From assembly GCF_009914755.1 (NCBI RefSeq), contig NC_060927.1: a stretch of 64,000 nt of DNA; one strand, written 5' to 3'. Within the stretch, counting starts at the first letter, position 1. The number at the start of each line of letters is the position of its first letter. The position numbers were made by a program, and so were the translations under genes. This document shows, piece by piece, positions 32,021-44,946 of this stretch. A model generated the notes under the pieces. It saw only the letters and a program-made list of their open reading frames with translations. It did not search any database and was not told where the DNA came from. Source of the DNA: the human T2T-CHM13v2.0 reference genome, Homo sapiens.

Positions 32021-32802
32021 TCGATTTAATATATTATCTGTTAACTTCTTATTATAGTAAATAATGATTTGAGATATTTTACATCATCTATTTCCCTCTT
32101 TGCACTTCAAGTTTTAAAAAAAAATCTGTAGTAGTATTTCACTGATAGGATTAAGTTAATATTTTCATTGATGGGCCCAGCAAATGCATATTCTTTCTTT
32201 AAACCTTTTTTTCTGGAGTCAATAATTTTTATTTGCTTACTTTTTGTTGTTGTGGTTATTGCTGTTTTACTCTCTGGCTAGCTCTCCCTGCACCCTCTAA
32301 GGCCTGTCAGTTATTCGCATGGTCAAGTATGTCACTACTTTGTCAGTTCCACTTCCCTCCAAACCCCTCCCACCTCCCGCTCCCACCTCCCACTCCCATC
32401 TGCACTGCCGCTCTCCCAGCCTGCTGCACAGCCGAGCATCCCCTTCAATTCCTGGCTCCATTAGCCCCCTGCTTCCTGGATCTTGTGCATTCTTTTTTCT
32501 TGGTTTACTTCCTTGCAATGGTGACGCTTTCCTCCTGAAGCTTTCCGAGAAAGGAGGCAAATGTTCTAAGAGTTTGTGTGCTGTGTCTTCATTCTTATCT
32601 CACACTTGACTGGAGTTTCTAGGATTTTCTTTTTGTCTGATATTCTTAAATTTCACATTGATTGCATTGAGGTCAGCCTTTTTACCTTCTTTGTACTGTG
32701 CATTTCTGTCTTCCAGTTCTAGCAACTTTTCTTACATGATTTCTTTGGTACTATCCTCCAAATTACTTAGAACTTACACTGGGCAGATGTTGAAACTTCT
32801 AA

Positions 32803-33203
<401 letters not shown>

Positions 33204-34775
33204 GAATTTTTTTATTTTATCTATCATTTTTAATTGCCAAGAACATTTGATTAGTCCTGGGTGTTTCTTTTTTTGTAGCCCTTCTTTGTGTTTCACAGAT
33301 GCGGTACCTCCTCATCCTTTGAGGATATTATAATTTATTTTGACATTTTCTTTTTCTCTGAGTGCCTTTTCTCTGATTGTGTGCTTTGATCTCTATCTTT
33401 TGTGTCAGAGGGCTTTCCTCAAATGTCTGATGGACTTTATCTGAGCCCTTGTGTCCAAATGCAAACAGGAGACTCTGGGTGTACAGGTGGGATTAGGAGA
33501 CTGGTGGGCTTCCTTGCAGGGTGCTCTGGTGGTCAGTTGGTATTTCCATTTAGGACCCCGAAATGTCATAGCTACAGGTATTTTCTGGGCAGTTCAGTTT
33601 CTCCAGAGAATAGAAGGTGTCTCCTCCAATTGCCTGCTCCAGGACAGAAGCCCAGCTGCTGGGTCCAAGAGCTGGACAGGGAAGGGGCTGGGGCAGGTCT
33701 CCAGTCAATGTGCAGAACCTCGCTCAGCTTGTTGTTTTTAGTCAGGGCTTCACCACTGCCCCCCCGCCCCCATTCTCGGGGCCTCCTAGTGCATTTTAAA
33801 CAGAGAATAAAGTTCCAGTCTCCTGCAGGACTGGGGAGAGGGTGCTCATCGGTGGGGACCTCACGGGGACTGCCTCTTAGATTTTCAGTGCCTCCCGCCC
33901 CCTCCCGTTTCCAGCCCCCATTTCCCAGGCCTCATTCCCACCCTTCCCAGCTTGTGCCTCCCACTCCCCTTCCTTCCTGGCTTCTGTAAGGTGTCTCAGC
34001 TTCCTTTCTGTGGGCACGCTGTGCCTTGCAGGCACCTACATGGGGGCTTTCTCCTCTTTGCCAAGTCATTTCTCATTCTTCTGTCTACCTCCTATCTTCA
34101 CCTACTGTGATTTGGAGGCATAAACATCTTCCCATTTCCTCAGACTGGAGTTTTATTTTAGGGATTTTTTTCTCTTTTATTTTGGGGGTGATTTTCAAGA
34201 GAATGGAAGCAATGTGTCCCTCACTTAATCATCTTGAAACCATACAACTGACACCCAGATGTATAGCCCACAACCAACCCCTCTCCTGGACCCTCCCCTG
34301 AATGCCAACAGCCTGTTTGAGGTCTATACTTGGTTGTTGAATAGACACCTCAAGTTTGTCACCAACAGGACACTTGATTTCTTCCCCTCACCCCAAATTG
34401 CTCTGTCAACATCTTCTCTATCTCAATAAAAGCATTCCCCAAATTCCTCAAGCCAAAGCCACTGGCGGAAGCCTGGACTCCCCTCTTTTGCTCGTCCCCA
34501 GTCCGCCTACAGCCCTAGCCCTCAGCAAGGCCTGGATGCTCCCCCTTCACACACTTCCTGCTTCTTCATTCTGTCCACTTCAATCAGTCACCAACCCAAG
34601 CCTCCTTCACCTTTTGCCTACACAATTTTATCACCCCCTACCTGGGCTTTCTCCTGACACTCTTGTCCCCTCCAGCCTACTCTATGCAATGACCACAAAT
34701 GTCACTTCCCTGCTTCAAACGCTCCAGTGGCTTCCTGGCTTCCCATCACACTTGGATAAGACCCAATTCCTTCCT

Positions 34776-35244
34776 GTGGCAACGAGGCCCTCCATGACCC
34801 ACCGCCTCTCTCTGTGGCAATGAGACCCTCCGTGACCCACCGCTCTCTCTCTCTGTGGCAGTGAGGTCCTCCATAACCCACCACCTCTCTCTGTGGCAGT
34901 GAGGTCCTCCATGACCCACCGCCTCTCTCTGTGGCAATGAGGCCCTCCATGACCCGCTGCTCTCTGTGGCAATGAGGCCCTCCACGACCCACCGCTGTCT
35001 CTCTGTGGCAATGAGGCCCTCCACGACCCACCACTCTCTCTCTCTGTGGTAATGAGGCCCTCCGTGACCCACCACTCTCTCTCTCTGTGGCAATGAGGCC
35101 CTCCATGACCCACTGCCTCTCTCTGTGGTAATAAGACCCTCCATGACCCACCGCCTCTCTCTGTGGCAATGAGGCCCTCCATGACCCACCACCTCTCTCT
35201 CTCTCTGTGGCAATGAGGCCCTCCATGACCCACTGCCTCTCTCT
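34776..35244. repeat. Minisatellite, 12 units of 35-44 bp
   Basis: Unit gtggcaatgaggccctccatgacccaccgc(ct)n; starts at 34776, 34814, 34855, 34893, 34931, 34966, 35005, 35046, 35087, 35125, 35163 and 35207. Confidence 0.95.
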
Positions 35245-35407
35245 GACCTCACTTCCTGTGCCTGCTCTCCTCTCTATGCCTGGGCTACCACGGTCTTCTG
35301 GCCATCCCTCCAACTGCTCCAACTTGTTCCTTCCTTGTGCCTTTGTTCTCGCTGTTCCCTCTGCCTGGAATCCTCTCCCCAAGATGTCACATAGCTGCTT
35401 CCTTCAC

Positions 35408-35695
35408 TTTTTTTTGAGACGGAGCCTTGCTCTGTCACCCAGGCTGGAGTACAACGGCGTGATCTTGGCTCACTGCAACCTCCACCTCCTGGGTTCAAGT
35501 GATTCTCTTGCCTCAGCCTCTCGAATAGCTGAGATTACAGGTGCCCACCACCACGCACAGCTAATTTTTGTATTTTTAGCAGAGACAGAGTTTCGCCATG
35601 TTGGCCAGGCTGGTCTTGAACTCCTGACCTCAGGTGATCCGCCCGCCTAGGCCTCCCAAAGTGCTGGGATTACAGGCATGAGCCACCGACCTGGC
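35408..35695 (-). mobile_element. Full-length Alu (AluSx-like)
   Basis: Alu consensus. Confidence 0.95.
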
Positions 35696-36469
35696 CCCCT
35701 CCTCCTCACTTTTAAGCTTGTTTACTTATTTGTTATCCATCTCTCTTCCCACCAGAAGATAAGCCCCCTGAGGTCAGGAACCATGTGCACCTTGATCCCT
35801 GCTGTATCTCCAGCACCTAGAACAGTATTGGAGACACAGTAGGAACCCAATAAATACTTCTTGAATGATAGACTAGTTGGAAGCCAGAAGTCATCTGCTC
35901 TAGTGCCAGCTTTACCACTTGCAAGCTAGGCAAGTGTAGGTAACTTTACCTCTGTGAGCCTCAGTTTCCCCTACCTGCACAATGGGGATAATAGTCTCTT
36001 TCCTTTCCATCTGGGGTGGGTGGGCACACTGTTGTAAGGTGAAATGAACCTTGTGAAATGAAAGTGAAGACCCTTCGTAAGTGCATATTTGTGAACCGTG
36101 AGGTCCTGTGGACTCATGAAGGGCAGGAGAGCTGCTTCCATCTTTACCACTCCCCCCAGCCCCCACTTACCCCAAGGGAACCTGGGAGTGAAAGGAGGGC
36201 TGCAGGGAAAGGGCACTTGAAATTAATAACCTTATTTCAGAGTGAAAGTCCCACTGCCATTTGCACAGCAGGAAGCAGGAGAGTAGCAGCTCTTCGGCAG
36301 GCAAGGACTCCGTATCTGAGGCTGGGGAGCTCCTGCACTGGCCCTGGCTGAGCAGCGAGGTGGCCCAGGCTCTGCAACCTGAACCCACGTGGAGTCACAC
36401 CATGACCCAGGACTCCACGGATTATACTGACTCAGCTAGAGTCAAGAGGGCTGCAGTGCTTATTGATGA

Positions 36470-36904
<435 letters not shown>

Positions 36905-37653
36905 TAAGGTTGTCAATCTTCCTTTTTAAAAATGTCGGCTGCAATTTTAAGAAATGATATTGTGTTTTGCTTCCTAGGGCTCCTTTTATTAATCCCCCTC
37001 CCTTCTCAGGGTTTTAGCCCAACCATGAGTGTGTGATTCGATCTGGAAACTGTCCAGAGCACAAATCAAACCAAGAGGGCTCTTCCTGGGCTCCAGCGTT
37101 TCCACCGAGCCATGTTTTCGCGTCGGCTTCAGGACAGGTGCAGTGGGTGCCCCTTCCCCAAGGCACCTCCCACTCTCCTGTGTCTCTGTTTGCCTTTGGG
37201 ATCCTCAGGGTGGCTTTCTGTGGTGCTTTTTGTAGGAAATTGAGATTGCCATGGGGAAAGGGGAAAAGGGAGAGTGATGAGTGTGGTCATTTTCCTAAGG
37301 ACCCGGTCCTGCGGTTGTTCAGAGGGTACTCCCCTTCCTAGAAGTAGGAAGAGCCTCTGAAGCTGGGACCTGAATGTGCTCAGGAGCAGAGTCACTGTTT
37401 CTCAAAGGAGTTAGTTGAGGAGACCAGGAGGGAAATGAGCTTGGAAGTCTAGAATCCTAGGGCGCTCAGGACACACAGGTCAGGCCCCCCAAGCTCTCGT
37501 CTGTTCCTTTTCTTGCGAGCTCGCATGGCCTCTGCTTGCACACCCCCAGGGACACGGCGCTCACTCCTTCTCTAAGCATCTCCTGCCATGTCTGCCTGCA
37601 CTTCAGGACCATCCAGCTGGGCTCTGCGGAGCAGGGGTAATAGAACATTTTAG

Positions 37654-37981
<328 letters not shown>

Positions 37982-39383
37982 AGATAAAGGGAATTTTATG
38001 GTGAAACAATTGCCGCAGAGACCGTCATGTCCCAGGAATCTATTAAGCTAGAGAAGAGGACAGATGTGAGCACAGGATATTAATTCAGTGGGGGCACAGA
38101 GGGGCCTTTCCTGCCAGGAGTGTTCATTTCTGAGCCTCCACCCCTCAGTCTGCCCTGACGCCAAGTCCTCCCAAGTGCCTGGCACTCTCCCATCCCTCCC
38201 TCCTGTGGCCCCCTCTGGGATTCTGGGGGCTGGGCAGCCCTGGGCCTGTCTCCACTCACTCTGCCCTCCTGTTTCCTGAATCCGCCGCTTCCATTTCTCT
38301 CCTGTACTGAGGAAGGGGATGGTTTTCAGTTATCCCCAGGCAAGTAGCAGAGAGTTAATGAGGGCCCACCCTGTGCCTGGCAGTGGAGTCAGTGGAGTCA
38401 GGTGCAGGGAGCACGAAGATGCCAGAGCTCCTGCCTCCCAGGGGTGCGGAAACCAGAGGCACAGTGGGATGCAAGAGGCGGTGGGAGCACGGTGGTGCCT
38501 GTCCAGCTAGAGGTGCAACCCGCTGACACGCCAGGCCCCGGGGACCCGCATCAGCCTCTTGTGGCATCCAACAACATGGAGCCCGGCAAAGTGAAATTAA
38601 GAAGGTCCGTCTGTATCTGTGTGCCTTGAAAAAGAGTGAGGATCCTATTCATAACCCCGGCCACAAGCGTCACCATCTCTCAAACTCTCTTTCTGTGAAA
38701 CAGGCCCTAAGCACCTCTCTCCTCTCCCCATCATCCGGCCGCGCGGCCTCCTGTCAAAAGGGCCCTGGACTTCTGCTTCCTTCCGCAGGCCATGCCAGAA
38801 AACACAGGCTGCTCCTAGACAGAGGCCCCAGCGTCCGCCCTCCGCCCCCGCCTCCTTCACCCACCTCAGGACATGCAGCTCGTTGCTCAGGATAACGCTC
38901 TTTCTTACAAGCCCTGGACAAGAAATATTCTCCACCAACTTGCAGAGGGAGGCTCAGGGTGTCACAGGTGACAGGAGGGACACCCAGCTCCAGCTGAGGG
39001 GGCAGGGAGGCTTCCTCTCCCTTGAGCTCAGTTCTCACAGAGGAGCAGAGGTGGAAGGAAGAAAGCGGTGAGGAGCAGGGCAGGTGCCCCAGCAGAGCCA
39101 CAGGAGGGTCTGGGCACAAGCGCAGAGCCTGGCCCATTCGTTCCTTCATCCCCACGGGTCACGGGCTGAGAAGACAGACTCAAAGTTAGCTCTTCCCACG
39201 ACGGCTTGTTCACGCAGACCTGAGTCCGGAGGCGCTCGCTGCACTTGGTATAATTCCCACTTTCTTGTCTTTTGGTACCAAGAGATTCCAACCAAAGGCT
39301 TCAGTCCCCTGGCAGGTCTAAAAGCCTGTGATGACCGCCAGGAGCCCCAGCCTGAGAAGGCCCTGTCCTGTCTCACCCAAACT

Positions 39384-39436
39384 GTGCCGGGACCCCTCCC
39401 CTTTTGCACGCGCCGTGCCGGGACCCCTCCCCTTTT
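39384..39436. repeat. 31-bp-period tandem duplication
   Basis: gtgccgggacccctcccctttt at 39384 and 39415. Confidence 0.8.
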
Positions 39437-40868
39437 CCATGCGGGACGACTCCCTAGAACGTGAGGATGCTCGCTTTGCTTTTAAAACTTTGTCTCCACC
39501 TAGGCCTTGAAGTATAGATTCTGGCACAACCCCTTTCTGCTACAAAGGAGGCAAGTGAGGGCTAGAGATGGGACTAACTTGTCTGGGTCACACAGCAAGT
39601 CTGTGGCAGGGCAAGGATAATAATCCTAGGGGCAGAGTCCACCCAGAGCCTGGATGGAACACAGCACGTATTTCCTCTCTAGGGCTCAGGTCATAGCCTC
39701 CCTGGTAGTTCCCTGGTAGCTCCCTGTGTAGAGTTGGGACCCTAGCATGTGCCACAGAGAGGCTCAGAGAGGCCAAGTATGCTCCTAACTAAAGGCCACA
39801 CAGCCGTGCTTTCTCACCTGGGGCACGCAGCAGGAATCCAGGAGGCATCCCTCACCCTCAGTGTGGATCCATGGGGACCCCTCTCTGGGCACCGACCTGC
39901 AGCAGTGAGACAGACTCACTGCGTGGGAAGTTCTGTCAGAATGAGGACTGACCCGCCCTCTTCACCTCTGTGACCCCAGAATCTAGCCCATGCAGGGGCT
40001 TGGTCAGCTGAGATCATGTCACTGCTCTCCAGCCTGGGTACAAATGAACAAAGTGTCACAGATGTCAACTTGTGCCCCCTCCTGAAAGCCTATATTCTTT
40101 TCATGGAGTTCTTCTGACTGACCCTGCCCATGATAAGCAGTGGCCTCACCCCGATGGAGGCTCACCACTTTGGCATCACCCCTGGCACGGGCAGATGCTG
40201 CCTCTGGGTCTGCAGGGCTCTTCACCTTTGGAGAGCTCCTCACCTGTCTCGAAGGTGGCTGAGGTCCTGCCTCCTCCTGCCGAGCCACAGCCCTACAGCC
40301 TGTCGGTGTGCCCAGGGCTGCTCACAGATCCCCTGTGGGCCACTGGGCCCTGTCGGGATCCACACGTGGAGGGAAAGGACAGAAGAATAAGGTCTTGTTC
40401 CCTGCTAAAAGCAGATGGCCCTCCCTGGTGTTGCCATTGGGACCAGCTAGCACCACTGGGGCACGCTGGGCTGGGACAGTCTGGGCAGTGTCACCATGGA
40501 GAGGTGGCTGACCTGCACAGGCAGCCTGGCCTGTGCTCTCACCCAGGGAAGGATGCCAGGGAACCTGCAAGAGGAGAGAGCGGAGGCAGGACATGCCCAG
40601 AGCTGAAAGCCTTTGAGGAGAAAGAACCAAGAGTAGACTAGAGGGCAGCCAAGGTGGGAGCTGCAGGAGGGGGTGCTGTGGGCCGCCGGGCCTGCAGGGG
40701 CAGCGCTCCGGGAGGGACGCTGCTGTGCCACCAGCCCCTGCTTCAGGATGGAGGCCTTGTTCTCCCGCAAGTGTTGGGCGCTGATGGCAGGGAGCAGAGT
40801 CCCCAGGAGTGACCCTGGCTGAAGAGAGCTGCCTTGCCCAAGGCTATGCCCTCACCCGGGGCCGCCCA

Positions 40869-41786
40869 TGCCCAGTGCCAGGACAGGTGAGGGTTGAAGG
40901 CCCCACTTCTGGGCATCAACCCAGGGCTTATGTGCAAGGCCACCCTGGCTCTGGGGCTCTCTGTGGGACTGGCTGAGGCCTTTGTCATGACTGTCTCGGA
41001 GCTCAACATCTCCCTGCCTAATCCTGTTCCCTCCCCTCCCACAGAGCAGTTTCCAGGAAGCCTCCTGCTCGTGAATCTCCATCTCTCGATCTGTGTCCTA
41101 GGAACAGCAGAAACCCAGTAGGGAGAGGCAGCAGTGGTGTGGGATTGTAGTACAAGGGGTCTGGGTGCCAGGGAGACGGGGGGAGCCCCAGCTGGGGAGT
41201 TTCAAGGCCTGTGCGGCAGGAGGATCCTGGGGTCCCTGGGAAAGGAGGCTGAGCTGGGGAAAGAGGCTGGAAGGAAAGAGACTGCCGTGGCTTCTTGGTT
41301 TGGAGAGAAGATGAAATTTCCTAAAAGGATGGACAGGATGAGATGGATCTAAGCTTACCCTGAAGCCGCCTGCCCATGACCATAACCAGGCACTTTGAGT
41401 TTTCCGTGCGTGTGCTCACCTGGCCTTGGAAGATTACAGCCAGTCGTGTCACTCTCTATTGCTGGAAAGAAGAGGATTACCTGCTTCCCTGACACCGTGC
41501 CTTGCGAGCACGGAAATTCACAAACACCCAGCGGGCACTCTCAGCCCTCGGGCTTGTGCCTGCGTCAAGCCATTCTGGGCCTTGGGAAGTGCCAGGACCG
41601 GGCTGGGTAGGCGGAAGAGCTTCCTGGTTTTGCCTGAGGTAAGGGAGAGGGGCTTTTCCTGAGAGAAGGTGGAGGTGCCCAGTGACGGGATAAGTGGGGG
41701 TTGAAGGTCGCACTCCTGGGCTTCACCCCACGGCTTCTGTGCAAGGCCACCCTGGCTCTGGGGCTCTCTGTGGGATCGGCCGAGGC
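40869..41786. repeat. Dispersed direct repeat: two 111-bp copies (40869-40979 and 41676-41786)
   Basis: Gapless alignment at offset 807 with a 38-nt identical core, tgtgcaaggccaccctggctctggggctctctgtggga. Confidence 0.9.
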
Positions 41787-44700
41787 TTAATGGACGAACG
41801 CCAGGCTCCATCCATGAGACGGCTCGAGTGTGGGGTCGGATGGCCATGGCACTCCCCTGGCAGGACTTCAGCACACCACAGAGCTCCGAGGAAGCTCAGC
41901 CATGGCCTGTGTCTGCCCTGGCGTCTCCATGCGGCACTGGGTTGGGCTGGGGTGTGAGGGAGTGAGGTATGTCTAGGGTCTTGAAAGTTCTTTGCTATGA
42001 GTTATCTCACCTGCTACTCACAGCAGTCCTGGGAGGGCGGGCAGATCAGGAGCTGGTTACATTCTCCCCCACTCACAGTGGTGCACCCGCTGGCCACAGT
42101 CAGGCAGTGAGGACAGGCCAGAAGCCAGGGCCCCTGCCTCCCCGTCCAGCCTCCTTCCACAGCGGCATATGCCACTCATGCGGAGGCAGCTCTGACGCGG
42201 GCCACACGCGCTGGAGGACTCCAGTATATCTTGGATCACAACGTGTCAATGCACAGAGACACGTGAACACGAGCACTGTGGTGGAGAGAAAGTGGGGGCT
42301 CGTGCCGGTGACCATAGGGGTGGGGGCCAGGTCTCGGGGGAGTAGCTTGCACCACTTAGTCAAAAATGAAGTATCTGCATAGCTTATGATCTGGCGGTTT
42401 TGTTCCTGGATATGCAACACAAATTCTCATCGGGTCTGTAAGGAACAAGGGCAGGGATGCTCACGCAGGGTTACTGGGGTGAGCGTGTGGTCCCAGGCTC
42501 CATAGGTATCCGTCAGTGCACAGTGAGCCCATCAGAATGGTTGGCTGCTCGGGGGATGGGAGAGGACTGTGGGAATAAAAGGGAATGAAAAATGGAGCGA
42601 GAGGCCCCTACAGAAAACAGTGGCGAGCGTGGGTCCTGAAGTGAGGGGGAACGTTGTCTTGCTCCATAAGGCAGCTGGGAAGGTCCGCGGGCTCCATGCT
42701 CCCGCGCTCCTGCACAGGCCTGAGCAGCAGGGGGCAGGGGGCTGGGGTGCAGGCTGGAGCCAAGCCCTACGGTTCAGGAAGGGAGGCTGGAGACAGGAGG
42801 GCAGCCGGCTTTGGAGATGTGAAGAGGCCCTCCCGCTCTGAGGCTCCGCAGATGAGTGGCCTTCAGCAAGGCTGCTGAGTGTGTCTGCGTGGTGGGACAC
42901 CTCTTCCCCCTCAGAATGGGGGTGCCAGTGGAGATGCTCTGAGCTGAGCCAGCCTCAATTAAACCGGCCTTCCCTTCACTCTAGAAGGTGTTTTGTTCTT
43001 TGCAAGCTCCTTGGGGAGTGGCTGGCTGGTCCGCTCAACACGCCCCGCAGGGTAGCTCTACCTTCTCTCCCTGGTGAAGACTCGGCACTTCCCAAGGTGA
43101 GACCAGTGGGGCATGGGACTTTCTGCTGGGGGGGACCCTTTGGAAGGTGGTCACATAGCTGAACGGGACAAGATGTTAGCAGGTATAGCTGTCAATGGAT
43201 CATAAGCAGAGAGGTGAGGGCTCCTGGGGGACAGCTGATTCTCTTTGGATTGTAAGTGCGCCTCCAGAGTTGGTCTGCACCCCTCACTGTGCCTGTGGAG
43301 AATGCGGGAGGAGGGAAGTGTGTAACCGCATATTTTGAGACAGTTTTACTCTGCATGTTCATGTCATGAATCCTAAGTGGGTGAATGACGAGTTGAGGTC
43401 TGGCAGTTTCGCATTTGATCTGGACTCTTCTTTACCCACATGTGAACCCCAGTGGCTGCATTTGAAACATGTGTTTCCCCAGACAGCTGGGGGCAGGGAT
43501 ACTGCCCAGAGATCTGGTTCAATCCCTCAGCTCCTTGTTTTTGCAGATGAAGAAACAGGCCCAGAGAGGAAAAAGGTTTATCCAAGGACTCGTGACAGGT
43601 TAGCTTTGAGCTGAGGCAGCACTGCCTCCACCTCCTGGACACGCCCAGCAAGTTATCTGTGGACACCTGACTGACAGGTTCACTGTGAGCTGAGGTAGCC
43701 CCTGACCTACTGGTTTTTGTGGAGTGGCACAGCCAACAAAAATTGGACAGCTTACAAGCATGCATCTGTTCATCCATGGGGTTACGGAGATGCTACCAAC
43801 ACATTTCATGAGCTCCAAAACGGCTGTAATTTATAATTTAAAAAGAATATTCTAAGTAATAATGGTTAGAATTCCCTTACATCTGTATTATTTCACAGCT
43901 TACCAAGTCCTTACACATCTTTTCCTCCTTCCACACTCCTTTGAGGAGCTCTTACCAGTGTCTAGAACTGGGGAAAGAGGTGGCCTTGCCTGTCCAAGAT
44001 GGCCAGGTAGTGAGGGCAGGATGTGGACTCAAAGCCAGGCCTCCGTCTCGGGTGTGAGGCTGTCTCCACTATACCACCTGCTTGCTTGGAAATTTCTGCT
44101 CCCTGCCAACCTCCAGATTTAGCCCAGCCCGTGGGCCTCCCATATTAAGATCAGCCAGGAAGTGTTAAAATTAGCAGAGGTTTGGCCTCTAGTCAAAGCA
44201 GGTGCCAAGACACAGCTGCACTTACTACCTTAACCTACAAACTCCTGGTGTGCTCTAGGTTGGGCCTGTGAACCAACACATCATACTTTGACTTGATGAA
44301 ATGCTGTTGAAGGAGAGGCCGCAGTCTGTTTGGTTTGACACACACAGAAGAGCAAATCTCTTCAGCAAGCCTGCGTGCTTTCCAAAGGCCATCATCATTT
44401 GTAGGGTGGACTTTGTGTATACACAAAAGATGACAGTATATGAGAAATGAAAGCAGGGTCTGGAGCTGCTATTATTAGATCGCTTTTATTTGGAGAACTG
44501 GGGCATCCACAGGGAAGTTGAAGACCCAGAGCCGACTCAGCCTAGATTATGTGTTCTTAGGGGTGACATCGGCCATGGACAGCCGGGAGCTGTAAGACGG
44601 CCAGGCTGACACTCACCTGGAACTGGGGAGAAGGGATGTGGTTAAAAATGTACAGCATTTATTATCTTATAATAAAGGTAATTAATACTCGATGTGGAAA

Positions 44701-44946
44701 ATACAGAAATATAGATGAAAACAAAAAGCACCTTAATCCTAGCACCCAGACATGTTATCTTTTCAGATTTCTGTTTTCCTCATATGTACAGGCGTATTCT
44801 CGAGAGTGGGTTTCCATGAAGCAAGTTAAGCACAGCACAAGGAACTATGCTTGCATGACAGCAACTGTAACAGGACCCAGGTCAGGAGCTGGCATTCCAC
44901 GACTTGTCAAGCACGGCAATGGCGAGGCACAGCAAGCCCCGGCTGC

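Larger units (their letters stand above)
34260..35870. mobile_element. L2 fragments (interrupted by a VNTR and an Alu)
   Basis: gtcacttccctgcttcaaacgctccagtggcttcc; gctgttccctctgcctggaatcctctcccc; gctgtatctccagcacctagaacagt...cagtaggaacccaataaatacttcttgaatga. Confidence 0.75.

Noticed and set aside
34702-35382. Repetitive ORFs of 168-226 aa ([20 protein letters not shown])
   Set aside because: These are translations of the minisatellite in all three frames, with no splice or promoter context.
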